64,000 nucleotides of DNA from an uncultured Parasphingorhabdus sp. (GTDB taxonomy: Bacteria > Pseudomonadota > Alphaproteobacteria > Sphingomonadales > Sphingomonadaceae): NCBI RefSeq assembly GCF_963975555.1, contig NZ_CAXBHH010000005.1:6349-70348 (forward strand). The letters are read 5' to 3'. The first letter of the stretch is position 1. Every line of letters starts with the position of its first letter. Under the pieces are notes generated by a model that did no database searches, was not told the origin of the DNA, and saw only the letters and a list, made by a program, of their open reading frames with translations. Positions 39,014-49,106 of the stretch are shown here, piece by piece. A program made the position numbers and the translations under genes.

Positions 39014-41137
39014 ATGGTGAACGAGCAGCCTGATATCTCCCAACAGCGAAAGCGTCGCTGGTACTGGCCCTTCGGCCGGGGAAAAGCCGCCGAAACCACA
39101 TTCTACGAACCCTATGGCGATGCCATCCCGCCGCGCATCGAAGAACCGGTTGCGCCGCTCAAAAAGCCGCGTGGCAAATGGTGGTGGGTCAGTCGCGGTT
39201 TGGCAGCAGCACTGTTCATATTCATCCTGCTGGTCGCCTATCTTGCGATCACCGCGCCTTTGTCCAAATCCCTGCAACCGATTGTTCCGCCGCAAATCAC
39301 GTTGCTGACCTCCGACGGACAGCCGTTCGCGCGCAATGGCGCGGTTGTTGACGATCCTGTCCAGGTCGCAAAATTGCCCGATCATGTGATGCAGGCCTTC
39401 ATGTCGATCGAGGACCGGCGCTTCTATACGCACTGGGGCGTTGACCCGCGCGGGTTCGCTCGCGCGCTGTTGAGCAATATCTCCGGCAGCGGCATGACCC
39501 AGGGCGGCAGCACGATCACCCAGCAACTGGCCAAGACCACATTTCTGACGCCGGAACGCAGCCTGACGCGCAAGGCGCGGGAGATGCTGATCGCCTTCTG
39601 GCTGGAGGCTTGGCTGACCAAGGACGAGATATTGGAGCGCTATCTGTCCAACGTCTATTTCGGCGACAATGTCTACGGTCTGCGCGCCGCATCGCTGCAT
39701 TATTATTATCGTCAGCCAGAAAAACTGACGCTCAAACAGTCGATCATGCTGGCCGGGCTGGTCCAGGCACCATCCCGCCTCGCTCCGACACGTAATCCCG
39801 AACTGGCCGCGAAACGCGCCAGTCTCGTCAAGGCAGCGATGGTCAGCGCCGGCTATCTGAGCCAGACAGAAGCCGATCGCCTCGGCATCGCCCGACTGGA
39901 TGTCCGCGCCAAAAACGCCCTGCCCACCGGCACCTATTTTGCCGATTGGGCCATGCCGCAAGCGCGGGAACTGACCGACCTCAGCTATGAAAGCCTCAAC
40001 CTGGCCACGACCCTAGACGCCCGGCTACAGGAAATTGCCCGCCGCGCGGTGGCGCGCGCGCCGCTCGGTCAGGCGCAGGTCGCTCTGGTCGCCATGCGGC
40101 CGGACGGGGAAGTTGTGGCGATGATCGGCGGCAAGGATTATGCAAAATCCGCTTTCAACCGGGTCACCCAGGCCCAGCGCCAGCCGGGCTCTACCTTCAA
40201 GTTGTTCGTCTGGCTGGCCGCGCTCCGCGCGGGCATGAGCCCCGATGACATGGTCGACGACAGCCCGATCACCAAGGGCGGCTATCTCCCAAAAAATGCA
40301 GGAGAAAAATATCGCGGCACGCTCAGTTTGAAAGACGCATTCGCCAAGTCGAGCAATGTCGCAGCAGTCCGCCTGTTTGGTCAGGTCGGCGACAAGGCCG
40401 TGATCCGCGAAGCGCGCAATCTCGGCGTCAAATCGCGGCTGGCCGAAGATGACCCTAGCCTTGCGCTGGGCACATCGACGATGAACCTGATGGAACTTAC
40501 CGCTGCTTATGCAGGGGTTGCGGGTAACAGCTGGCCGGTGGAGCCTTATGCGTTCAAGAGAGAGAAACAGACCTGGTTTGAATGGCTGTTCGACTGGCCG
40601 GGGCGGTTCGAATCCAGAATCCATGCCAATATGGAAGCGCTGCTGCGGTCCGCGGTCAACGACGGCACCGGACGCCGCGCGATGCTGACGATCCCCAATT
40701 ACGGCAAGACCGGTACCAGCCAGAATAATCGCGACGCCCTGTTTGTCGGCTATGCGGGCGACGGCGATGACCGGCTGGTGGTCGGCGTCTGGATCGGCAA
40801 TGATGACAATACGCCGCTGAAAGGCGTGAGCGGCGGCGGCCTGCCCGCACAAATCTGGAAGGACTTCATGCAGCAGGCTGTCCAGTCCAAGAAAGCCGTT
40901 CGCAGCGCCAAGCCTGACAACAAGCCCGATCCCGAAGGACCGGTCACCCCGCTTGATCTTCCGGAAATTCCAGATATTCCGGTAGATATCGGGAATACGG
41001 AGGTCAGGATAAACGGCGATAGCGGTGTGCGGCTCGGCACCGAAATTGGCGGCGTGCCGGTTGATTTGAAAATCAATGGCGACGGTGTGGCGATCGAACG
41101 GCGGCAAGAGGAAGCGCCCTCCGGACAGGATCGCTAG
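39014..41137 (+). CDS. class A penicillin-binding protein (PBP1A-type)
   Basis: Transglycosylase motifs IEDRRF, GGSTITQQL and RKAREM; transpeptidase motifs STFK, SSN and KTG; one TM helix. Confidence 0.95.
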   Translation: MVNEQPDISQQRKRRWYWPFGRGKAAETTFYEPYGDAIPPRIEEPVAPLKKPRGKWWWVSRGLAAALFIFILLVAYLAITAPLSKSLQPIVPPQITLLTSDGQPFARNGAVVDDPVQVAKLPDHVMQAFMSIEDRRFYTHWGVDPRGFARALLSNISGSGMTQGGSTITQQLAKTTFLTPERSLTRKAREMLIAFWLEAWLTKDEILERYLSNVYFGDNVYGLRAASLHYYYRQPEKLTLKQSIMLAGLVQAPSRLAPTRNPELAAKRASLVKAAMVSAGYLSQTEADRLGIARLDVRAKNALPTGTYFADWAMPQARELTDLSYESLNLATTLDARLQEIARRAVARAPLGQAQVALVAMRPDGEVVAMIGGKDYAKSAFNRVTQAQRQPGSTFKLFVWLAALRAGMSPDDMVDDSPITKGGYLPKNAGEKYRGTLSLKDAFAKSSNVAAVRLFGQVGDKAVIREARNLGVKSRLAEDDPSLALGTSTMNLMELTAAYAGVAGNSWPVEPYAFKREKQTWFEWLFDWPGRFESRIHANMEALLRSAVNDGTGRRAMLTIPNYGKTGTSQNNRDALFVGYAGDGDDRLVVGVWIGNDDNTPLKGVSGGGLPAQIWKDFMQQAVQSKKAVRSAKPDNKPDPEGPVTPLDLPEIPDIPVDIGNTEVRINGDSGVRLGTEIGGVPVDLKINGDGVAIERRQEEAPSGQDR

Positions 41138-41218
41138 GCTTATTGTTAAGCCTAACAAAAAAGCAGGAAATTAGGCCTTTGATTCCCCTCGTCTTTCCGC
41201 TTAAAGCTGTTCGCTTCT

Positions 41219-43042
41219 ATGGCTGACCGTTCCAAACTTGATGACCTTAAAGACGTGCTGGGTGGCGCGGCGCGCTCTATTGCCGGAGATCCGGACCTGG
41301 AGCTGGCCTATACCGCCGAAGCGCCTTCACAGGCCGGTCAGCACCTCAAGGTGCCGATGCCGGCACGCGACCTGCCACCGGCACAAGTCGCCGAAGCGCG
41401 CGGGTTTGCCGACAGTTTCTCGCTGAAATTGCGTCATCACAACGAAGCCATGCACCGCAAGAACGCGCCTCAGGAAGCAGTGGCGCGCGCTTGTTTCGAT
41501 GCGCTCGAACAGGTTCGCACCGACGCACTGGGTTCACGCGTCATGGCTGGCGCCAAGGAGAATCTGAACGCCGCGCTGGAAATGCGGATGCGTTCCGATC
41601 CGATTGCGCGGGCACAGAATCGCGATGAAGTTCCTATTTCCACCGCTCTGGCTTTGCTGGCTCGGGAAAAGCTCACCGGACAGGCACCGCCAGCGGGGAC
41701 GATCAAGGGTCTCGACATGCTCCGCGAGTGGATCGAGGAAAGTGCCGGCGCGGATCTCGATGGCCTCAATCTGACGCTCGACGACCAGAATAGTTTTGCC
41801 AAATTGTCGACCCAGTTGCTGCAGCATCTCGATCTGATCAAAAGCGATGATCAATCCGAGGCCGACGACAGCGACGACGACGATAGCGATGAAGACAGCG
41901 ACGATAGCCAGGATGACGGCGCCGACGAGGAAGCGACCGGCGATCAGGGCGAGTCCGAAATGCGGTCGGAGCCATCGGACGATGATAGCCAGGACGGCGA
42001 AAGCGACCAGAATGCCGAGGAACTGGAAGAAGGCGCGGAAGAGGAAATGGGAGATGCCGGCGACGACGGCATGATGCCGGTACGTCCCAATCGGGCCATG
42101 TCCGACCTGCCACCCGGTTTCAACTATACGGCCTGGATCGAGAAATATGACGAGGTGGTCAGCGCCACGGAACTTTGCGATGAAGAGGAGCTGACCCGGC
42201 TCCGCGCCTTTCTCGATCAGCAGCTGACCAGTTTGCAGGGTGCGGTGACCAAGCTTGCCAACCGGCTGCAACGCCGTCTGATGGCGCAGCAGAACCGCAG
42301 CTGGGATTTCGATCAGGAAGAAGGCATGCTCGATGCCGCCCGCCTCGCCCGCGTCGTCAGCAACCCCTCCCACAGTCTGTCCTACAAGATCGAACGCGAA
42401 ACCGATTTCCGCGACACCGTCGTAACCCTGCTGATCGACAATAGCGGATCGATGCGCGGTCGGCCGATATCCATTGCAGCGATTTCCGCCGACATCATGG
42501 CGCGCACGCTGGAACGCTGCGGCGTCAAAACCGAAATCCTCGGCTTCACCACCCGCGCCTGGAAAGGCGGCCAGACCCGCGAAGACTGGCTTGCGGCGGA
42601 TCGCCCGGCCAATCCCGGACGGCTCAACGACCTGCGCCATATCGTCTACAAAAAGGCGGACGAACCCTGGCGCCACGCCAAGAAAAATCTCGGCCTGATG
42701 ATGCGCGAAGGCCTGCTCAAGGAAAATATCGACGGCGAGGCCCTGCTCTGGGCGCATAGCCGGCTGATCGCCCGCCCCGAAGAACGCCGCATTTTGATGG
42801 TAATCTCGGATGGTGCGCCGGTCGATGACAGCACCCTGTCGGTCAACCATGGCGCCTATCTGGAAAACCATCTGCGCAAGGTGATCGAATGGATCGAAAG
42901 CCGCTCGCCGGTGCAACTGGTCGCCATCGGCATCGGCCATGACGTGACCCGCTATTACAAGAAAGCCGTCACGATCATGGATGCCGAGCAACTCGGCGGA
43001 ACCATGGTTGAACAACTGGCTGGGCTATTTGATGAGGATTGA
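41219..43042 (+). CDS. cobT: cobaltochelatase subunit CobT (VWA domain)
   Basis: Acidic linker, [37 protein letters not shown] and ISDGAPVDD. Confidence 0.95.
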   Translation: MADRSKLDDLKDVLGGAARSIAGDPDLELAYTAEAPSQAGQHLKVPMPARDLPPAQVAEARGFADSFSLKLRHHNEAMHRKNAPQEAVARACFDALEQVRTDALGSRVMAGAKENLNAALEMRMRSDPIARAQNRDEVPISTALALLAREKLTGQAPPAGTIKGLDMLREWIEESAGADLDGLNLTLDDQNSFAKLSTQLLQHLDLIKSDDQSEADDSDDDDSDEDSDDSQDDGADEEATGDQGESEMRSEPSDDDSQDGESDQNAEELEEGAEEEMGDAGDDGMMPVRPNRAMSDLPPGFNYTAWIEKYDEVVSATELCDEEELTRLRAFLDQQLTSLQGAVTKLANRLQRRLMAQQNRSWDFDQEEGMLDAARLARVVSNPSHSLSYKIERETDFRDTVVTLLIDNSGSMRGRPISIAAISADIMARTLERCGVKTEILGFTTRAWKGGQTREDWLAADRPANPGRLNDLRHIVYKKADEPWRHAKKNLGLMMREGLLKENIDGEALLWAHSRLIARPEERRILMVISDGAPVDDSTLSVNHGAYLENHLRKVIEWIESRSPVQLVAIGIGHDVTRYYKKAVTIMDAEQLGGTMVEQLAGLFDED

Positions 43043-43046
43043 GTGA

Positions 43047-43718
43047 ATGAACGTAACCGAAGCTGTCACGTCCCGTCGCTCAATACGCCAATTTCTCGAC
43101 AAGCCGGTCGACAAAGCCGTCCTCGAAAGCGTTCTGAAAACGGCCCAGCGCTCTCCTTCCGGTGGCAACACGCAGCCATGGAACGCAGTGATCGTCGGTG
43201 GCGACGAGCTGACCCGGATTACCGCTGCCATCAAGGCCAAGGCCGCGACGGCGCCGATGGGCGAAAATATGGAATATGCGATTTACCCCAAAAATCTTGA
43301 TGGCCGATACGAAGAACAGCGCCGCTCGGTCGGTCGGGAGATGTTCAACAGCATCGGTCTGGAGCGAGGGGATAGCGCAGGGCGGATCGCACAAATGGCG
43401 CGGAACTGGGACAGTTTTGACGCACCGGTGCAATTGTTCACCTACACCAGAAAATATATGGGGCCGCCGCAATGGTCGGATATGGGCATGTGGCTCCAGA
43501 CCGTGATGCTGTTGCTGCGCGAAGCAGGCCTCGACAGCTGCTCGCAAGAAATCTGGGCAATGTACGGCACCCATATGCGGGAATTGCTTGGCATCAGCGA
43601 CGACCATATATTCTTTTGCGGTATGGCGATTGGGTATCGGGACCCGGATGCTCCTATCAACAATTTCGACGTCTCGCGCGTCCCGATCAGCGATGTTGTA
43701 GAGTTTCGCGGCTTTTAA
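43047..43718 (+). CDS. nitroreductase family protein
   Basis: RRSIRQF, RSPSGGNTQPW, DMGMWLQTVMLL and CGMAIGY. Confidence 0.92.
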   Translation: MNVTEAVTSRRSIRQFLDKPVDKAVLESVLKTAQRSPSGGNTQPWNAVIVGGDELTRITAAIKAKAATAPMGENMEYAIYPKNLDGRYEEQRRSVGREMFNSIGLERGDSAGRIAQMARNWDSFDAPVQLFTYTRKYMGPPQWSDMGMWLQTVMLLLREAGLDSCSQEIWAMYGTHMRELLGISDDHIFFCGMAIGYRDPDAPINNFDVSRVPISDVVEFRGF

Positions 43719-43770
43719 CCATCGCAACCTCCGGGTTTCGGGGGAAACTGGCGTCAGAAACGTCCCGTGA

Positions 43771-43786
43771 TGTGACAACCATCACT
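43771..43786. promoter_or_regulatory. CRP-type palindromic box
   Basis: TGTGA-caacca-TCACT, a 9/10 match to TGTGA-N6-TCACA, about 150 bp upstream of the CHAT-cyclase operon. Confidence 0.55.
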
Positions 43787-43932
43787 CCATCCGACATCAA
43801 AGTCGATATTCTCCTATCCGAGACTCGGATTCTCTAACTAATTGGTGTAGTTAAGGGAATATCAGGGTCGCTATCGCGGTTGCCGGAGTCTGAGGGGACA
43901 AGGCAATGCACAAATATTGTGGGGAGAATATC

Positions 43933-46900
43933 GTGCACCGGACGAGTATCGGTTCAATAATATTGGCGTTGGGGTTGGCATCAACCCCGGTCACTGCTTT
44001 TGCCCAGGGCAAGCCGGTTTCGTTGCGTGACAGCTTTCCTATAGGCAACAGTCAGGGCGTTTTGTGCCAGGTGCAGGATCGCAGCATCGGGAACAAGGCG
44101 AAAGCCGATATGTTTGACCGCAGCTGGGCAATCGTCTGCCGCGATTCCGCAAGGCCGGTCGGTTTTGTCTATTCGTCCAGATCATCGGAGCAGAACCTGC
44201 TTGACCGCATTGCACCCCATCGCAACGAGCCGGTGACATGCACCACCAGCGGGACGCCGACAGCGATCGGTGAATTTCGCCATAACCAATGCCATCTGGC
44301 AACAGAACCGGTAGCCTATTCACAGTTTCTTGGCCGGGAAAATGGCGTTTCCTATGTCGCAGAGGGCTTGGCCGTTTACGACAGTGCGACGTTGCTGGCG
44401 CTCAAATCCATCTTGAATGACTCGATTGTCGAAGGCAAAATCGATGTCGCCTCAACCTCCGTCGAAGATCCATTTGCCTTTGCGCGGGTTCAGGCGGCGA
44501 CCCTGAAACCCGATCAGGCACTGGCCGAAGGGTACAGGCGGAATCTCAGCGGCGACTATGCCGAAGCCGCCGCCTTTTTCGAAACCCTGCAACAGCGCAC
44601 TTCCGGCCTGGAGGGGGAGGATATCAACCCCGACGAATATCTGATCAACCGGGCTTTGCAAAAATCCAATCTGGGCGAATTTGCCGAAGCCAATGAACTA
44701 TTCGAGCAAGCCAGGCAGCGGAACGACGCTGATCCGGTCACCGAACGGCTGCAACGGAATTTTGAAGCCATGCACCTGCTCAATCAGGGCCTGTTTGATG
44801 CGGCAGTCCAGCGGCTGAACGTCCCGCTAAAGACGTCGCAGGCGGAGCAAATCGCGCTGACAGAGCGGCTCGAGATTACCACTCCGATCTCCACCCGGAT
44901 AAACGGCAGCGTGCGTACCCGCAGCCTGCTCGGCTTCGTCAATGAAACGAAATTGAGCGAGCAGGAGCGCTCCGAGATAATCGATGCACAGGCCCTACAA
45001 CTTTTGGGCACGGCCCAGCGGATAAATGGCGATCGCACGACAGCACGTCAGGCGCTTATAACCGCTTATAACCGCGCCATCGCCGTTCGCGATGGCCGGG
45101 TCACGTCCATCACACGACTGAGAGTCCAGATACTCTCCGAACTGGCCCTGATTGCAGAAGCCGATGGCAACTTGGGCGAAGCGGAACAATTGCTCCGCGA
45201 CGGCCTCGATTTACTGAACATCCAATATCCGGAAACGCGGGCCGTCAACGGCACCAAGGCGCGGCTCGCAGCCTTTCTGTTGCGGCATGGAGAAGAATCC
45301 GAAGCACGCCGGTTATATGGTGAAGTCGTCGAAAACTCGCTGGGCAAGCGGAGTGCCATTTCGGGCATGGCGAACCAGCTCACGCCTTATTTCCGACTTC
45401 TTGCTGCAGATCCGGCTGCGGCCGAACAATTTTTCAAAGCTTCCCAGATCCTGGTTCGTCCGGGCGTTGCAGAAACACAGGCGGTCCTTTCGCGTGAGCT
45501 AAGCGCGGGCACAGATGATGCCGCGCGTCTGTTCAGGCAATCGACCAATCTGGCGCGCAGCATCGAACGACTGCGGATCGGTTTCGCGGCCTTGAACAAA
45601 ACCGATCCGTCGCCGTCGACTGTCAAGAAAAGCAATGATCTCGCGGCCGAAATTGAAACACTGGAGCGGAGCCAGCAGCTCACTCAGGTCCGGCTTTCCG
45701 AATTCCCGCAATATCGGGCGGTTGCCGCACGTTTTCTCGGCCTGGACGAGTTGCGCGCTACCCTGCAACCGGACGAAGCCTATATGCGTCTGACGGTCAT
45801 CGGCGACAATATTTTCATGTTCTATTCGGATCAGACAGAGGCGAAGACGTACCGTGTACCGTTGGATGAGAGCACACTCGACGGAAAGGTCGACACGCTC
45901 CGCGCATCAATATCGGCCTATGAAAATGGTCAATATGTCACCTATCCTTTCGATATCGAAGCATCCCGCGCGCTGTATACCGATCTTTTCGAACCGGTTT
46001 CGGATCGGCTTGCAGGCAAGAAACATCTGATATTCGAACCGGATGGCGCCATGCTCCGGTTGCCGATCAATCTGCTCGTTGCCGATGATGCCTCGGTCTC
46101 GCGATATCTTGCAGAAAGCGAAGCGGCCGATAGCGATCCGTTCGATTTCTCCGGTGTCAAATGGCTTGGCAGGAATCTCGATATCAGCACCGCGGTTTCC
46201 GCACGGGCCTTCGCCGATGCCCGTCAGGCTCCCCAGTCGAGTGCCTCTCGACAATATCTCGGTCTGGGCAAGAACCTGCCAATATTACCGGGTGCCAAAG
46301 CGACCGGTATCCGGGGCGGCTCCCAGAATATGAACGCCAAGTGCCAATGGCCACTCAGCCAGTGGGACAGTCCGATCTCCGATCGCGAACTGCGCGAAGC
46401 CCAGTCTCTGGTCGGCGCGGGAACTTCCGATATCCTGACCGGAGCGGCCTTCACCGATACCGCGATCCTGTCGAACGACAAAATCAGCGACTATCGCATC
46501 CTGCATTTTGCAACCCACGGTCTGGTCACAGCTCCTAATCCGTCCTGCCCGGCAAAGCCGGCGCTACTGACGTCTTTCGGGGAACAGGGTTCAGACGGGC
46601 TTCTCGCCTTTGATGAAATTTTTGATCTCAAACTCGACGCAGATATCGTCATTCTCTCCGCCTGCGATACAGCGGGCAAGGCGAGCATCGCGGCAACCCG
46701 TAACGCGGGTGTCAGCAGCGGCGGCGGAACCGCTCTGGACGGTCTGGTCCGATCCTTCATCGGAGCGGGCGGGCGTTCGGTACTGGCCAGCCACTGGCCT
46801 GCGCCGGATGATTATCGCGCCACAGAACGACTGATCAACGGATTTTTCAGCGACGGTCGCGGTCGCTCGATAACCGAAGCGCTCAGACTATCGCAGCTGG

Positions 46901-47052
46901 AACTGATGGATGATCCGGTCACTTCGCATCCTTATTACTGGTCGGGCTTCGCCTTGATCGGTGACGGTGCCCGGCCACTCTTGCCCGGCATGACGGACGC
47001 GGCGGCCAACAACGAAACGGCTGCTGCTGCGACGAAAGCAGCGCTGAAATAA
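43933..47052 (+). CDS. exported TPR-like + CHAT (caspase-like) protease
   Basis: GTG 43933 follows GGGGAG. Signal peptide ending AFA-Q, helical TPR-like middle region, C-terminal ILHFATHG (His codon 46516) and ILSACDT (Cys codon 46663), HPYYWSGF. Confidence 0.9.
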   Translation: MHRTSIGSIILALGLASTPVTAFAQGKPVSLRDSFPIGNSQGVLCQVQDRSIGNKAKADMFDRSWAIVCRDSARPVGFVYSSRSSEQNLLDRIAPHRNEPVTCTTSGTPTAIGEFRHNQCHLATEPVAYSQFLGRENGVSYVAEGLAVYDSATLLALKSILNDSIVEGKIDVASTSVEDPFAFARVQAATLKPDQALAEGYRRNLSGDYAEAAAFFETLQQRTSGLEGEDINPDEYLINRALQKSNLGEFAEANELFEQARQRNDADPVTERLQRNFEAMHLLNQGLFDAAVQRLNVPLKTSQAEQIALTERLEITTPISTRINGSVRTRSLLGFVNETKLSEQERSEIIDAQALQLLGTAQRINGDRTTARQALITAYNRAIAVRDGRVTSITRLRVQILSELALIAEADGNLGEAEQLLRDGLDLLNIQYPETRAVNGTKARLAAFLLRHGEESEARRLYGEVVENSLGKRSAISGMANQLTPYFRLLAADPAAAEQFFKASQILVRPGVAETQAVLSRELSAGTDDAARLFRQSTNLARSIERLRIGFAALNKTDPSPSTVKKSNDLAAEIETLERSQQLTQVRLSEFPQYRAVAARFLGLDELRATLQPDEAYMRLTVIGDNIFMFYSDQTEAKTYRVPLDESTLDGKVDTLRASISAYENGQYVTYPFDIEASRALYTDLFEPVSDRLAGKKHLIFEPDGAMLRLPINLLVADDASVSRYLAESEAADSDPFDFSGVKWLGRNLDISTAVSARAFADARQAPQSSASRQYLGLGKNLPILPGAKATGIRGGSQNMNAKCQWPLSQWDSPISDRELREAQSLVGAGTSDILTGAAFTDTAILSNDKISDYRILHFATHGLVTAPNPSCPAKPALLTSFGEQGSDGLLAFDEIFDLKLDADIVILSACDTAGKASIAATRNAGVSSGGGTALDGLVRSFIGAGGRSVLASHWPAPDDYRATERLINGFFSDGRGRSITEALRLSQLELMDDPVTSHPYYWSGFALIGDGARPLLPGMTDAAANNETAAAATKAALK

Positions 47053-49106
47053 TGACGGCAACCGCCACGCCATCAAACCCGGTTGATAATAATCGCGATG
47101 TGAAGGAAGGTGCCAGAGGTGTCTTGCAATCCATGCGCCGTCTGTTCGATCAGCTCGGGCCAATCCGTATCGGGTCCACGATAATATTCATGATCCTCGC
47201 GCTTCTCGTTGCGCGTTACAGCTGGACGACGCCTCTGATCCAGGAAGCCGAGCGTGCGCTCTATGATTTGCGCGCCTCCGTCTTTGCGCCGGAAGTGGAA
47301 AAAGACGAAAATATCGTGATGATCGTCTATAATGAAGACACGCTGAAGCTGACGGGCCAGCGGTCACCGGTTGACCGGACGATTTTGGCGCAGGCGCTGG
47401 AATCGATCGACGCAGCCAAGCCCAAATCCATCGGCATAGATATTCTGTTCACCATGCCGCAGGATGACGATGACCTGCTTATTTCGGCTTTCAAGAACAT
47501 GAAAACGCCGACTTTCCTTGCTTATGCCGATCCCAAGGAAAATCCCGAAATCGCATTTGCCGAGCATGAGTTCCTGCAACAATTTTTCAAAGAGGCCCGC
47601 AGCGAGAATGTTCAGCCGACTGATATAAAGCTGGAAACCGATAGCGACGGTGTCCAGCGCCGATGGACCCCGCACAGACCGGGTGCGCCGCCTTTCATGG
47701 CCATTGCGCTGACCGGCCCCAATCCGAAATTTGCCAATAATAGCGGCGCGATCCGCTATCATGTGCCGGCGGCGACCGATGTCCCCGTATTTGACAAATT
47801 CCCGATCGAGAATTTCGCTGATCCGGAAATTGCGGACATGCTCGGCTCGTTTATCGCGGGCAAACATGTGCTGATCGGCGGCGATTTCATCGATCGCGAC
47901 CGGTTTGAAACGCCGGTTGGCGGATTGACCAACATCAGCGGGGACGATGGCAAGATGATCGGACTGGAAGTGCATGCGCATATGCTCGCCCAGTTGCTCA
48001 ATGATGATCTGCCGACCCCGGTTGCCAACTGGGCCTTGTGGGTGGGGGCGCTAATCGTTGCAATTTGCGGTGGCCTCTCCGCTCTGATCGTCGGCAATGC
48101 TCTGAAGGTCGCCTTCATACTGCTCGGCCAATTTGTATTCTTTCTCACTTTTCCTTTCCTGCTGCAAAATATCGGGACCGATACGCTGACCCTGCCTGCC
48201 TTTGGCTGGGGTGTCGGATGGTTGCTTGGCTATGCCTCGGTCGGTTCGGCCGCGCGGACCATCAATTCCAAACAGCGGGCCTTTGCGCAGAATGCTCTGG
48301 GTAAATATCTGCCGAAATCGATTGCAAGCGAGATATTGAAAGATCCCGAGAAACTGGCGTTGCACGGGGAGAAGCGGAAAATATTCGCGGTGTTTACCGA
48401 TCTCGAAGGCTTTACCAAGCTGACCCACGCGATCGAGCCGGAAATGGTAGCAACCCTGCTGAACGATTATCTCGACCGGTTGAGCGATGTGGCGCTGGAA
48501 TATGGCGGCACTATCGACAAATTTGTCGGTGACGCGCTGGTCACCTTCTGGGGCGCTCCCATCGCCTATCCTGATGATGGGGAACGAGCGGCCAAAGCGG
48601 CCTATGCACTTTATCAGGCCGGTGAAGAGTTTCGCAAAAATGTACCCGAAGGGGTGCCGCCGATTGGCAGAACCCGGGTCGGCATGCATTATGGCGATGC
48701 CATCGTCGGCAATTTCGGCGGCGAAGGCCGTATCCAATATACCGCTCTCGGGGATGCCATGAATACCGCGGCACGCCTGGAAGCTGCCAACAAGACCCTG
48801 GGGACCAAAGTCCTGCTGAGCCGGGAAGCGATGGAACGAACCGGCCTCGACTGGTTTCGGCCAATGGGCCGGATCACGCTACGCGGTCGATCCACGCCGG
48901 TCGATGTGTTTGAACCTGTCCCCGACTGGGAAGAGAAAGATCGCGCAGCAGTGACCGCAGTCATAGCCGCGCACGAAATCGGTGATACTGGTTCTATTCA
49001 GGCACTGGGTGTCATGATCAAGGAAAATGGCGAAGACCAGGGTCTCGCCAATTTGCTCAAACGACTGCAAACGACAAAAAATGGAGAAAGCTATGCACTT
49101 GGATAA
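47052..49106 (+). CDS. CHASE2-domain membrane adenylate cyclase (class III)
   Basis: N-terminal TM, CHASE2 (IGIDILF, GLEVHAHMLAQ), 3 TM helices, FTDLEGFT, KFVGD and YTALGDAMNTAARLE. Confidence 0.93.
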   Translation: MTATATPSNPVDNNRDVKEGARGVLQSMRRLFDQLGPIRIGSTIIFMILALLVARYSWTTPLIQEAERALYDLRASVFAPEVEKDENIVMIVYNEDTLKLTGQRSPVDRTILAQALESIDAAKPKSIGIDILFTMPQDDDDLLISAFKNMKTPTFLAYADPKENPEIAFAEHEFLQQFFKEARSENVQPTDIKLETDSDGVQRRWTPHRPGAPPFMAIALTGPNPKFANNSGAIRYHVPAATDVPVFDKFPIENFADPEIADMLGSFIAGKHVLIGGDFIDRDRFETPVGGLTNISGDDGKMIGLEVHAHMLAQLLNDDLPTPVANWALWVGALIVAICGGLSALIVGNALKVAFILLGQFVFFLTFPFLLQNIGTDTLTLPAFGWGVGWLLGYASVGSAARTINSKQRAFAQNALGKYLPKSIASEILKDPEKLALHGEKRKIFAVFTDLEGFTKLTHAIEPEMVATLLNDYLDRLSDVALEYGGTIDKFVGDALVTFWGAPIAYPDDGERAAKAAYALYQAGEEFRKNVPEGVPPIGRTRVGMHYGDAIVGNFGGEGRIQYTALGDAMNTAARLEAANKTLGTKVLLSREAMERTGLDWFRPMGRITLRGRSTPVDVFEPVPDWEEKDRAAVTAVIAAHEIGDTGSIQALGVMIKENGEDQGLANLLKRLQTTKNGESYALG

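Noticed and set aside
41840-42070. Asp/Glu-rich low-complexity tract with GAC/GAT repeats
   Set aside because: The acidic linker is a normal feature of CobT.
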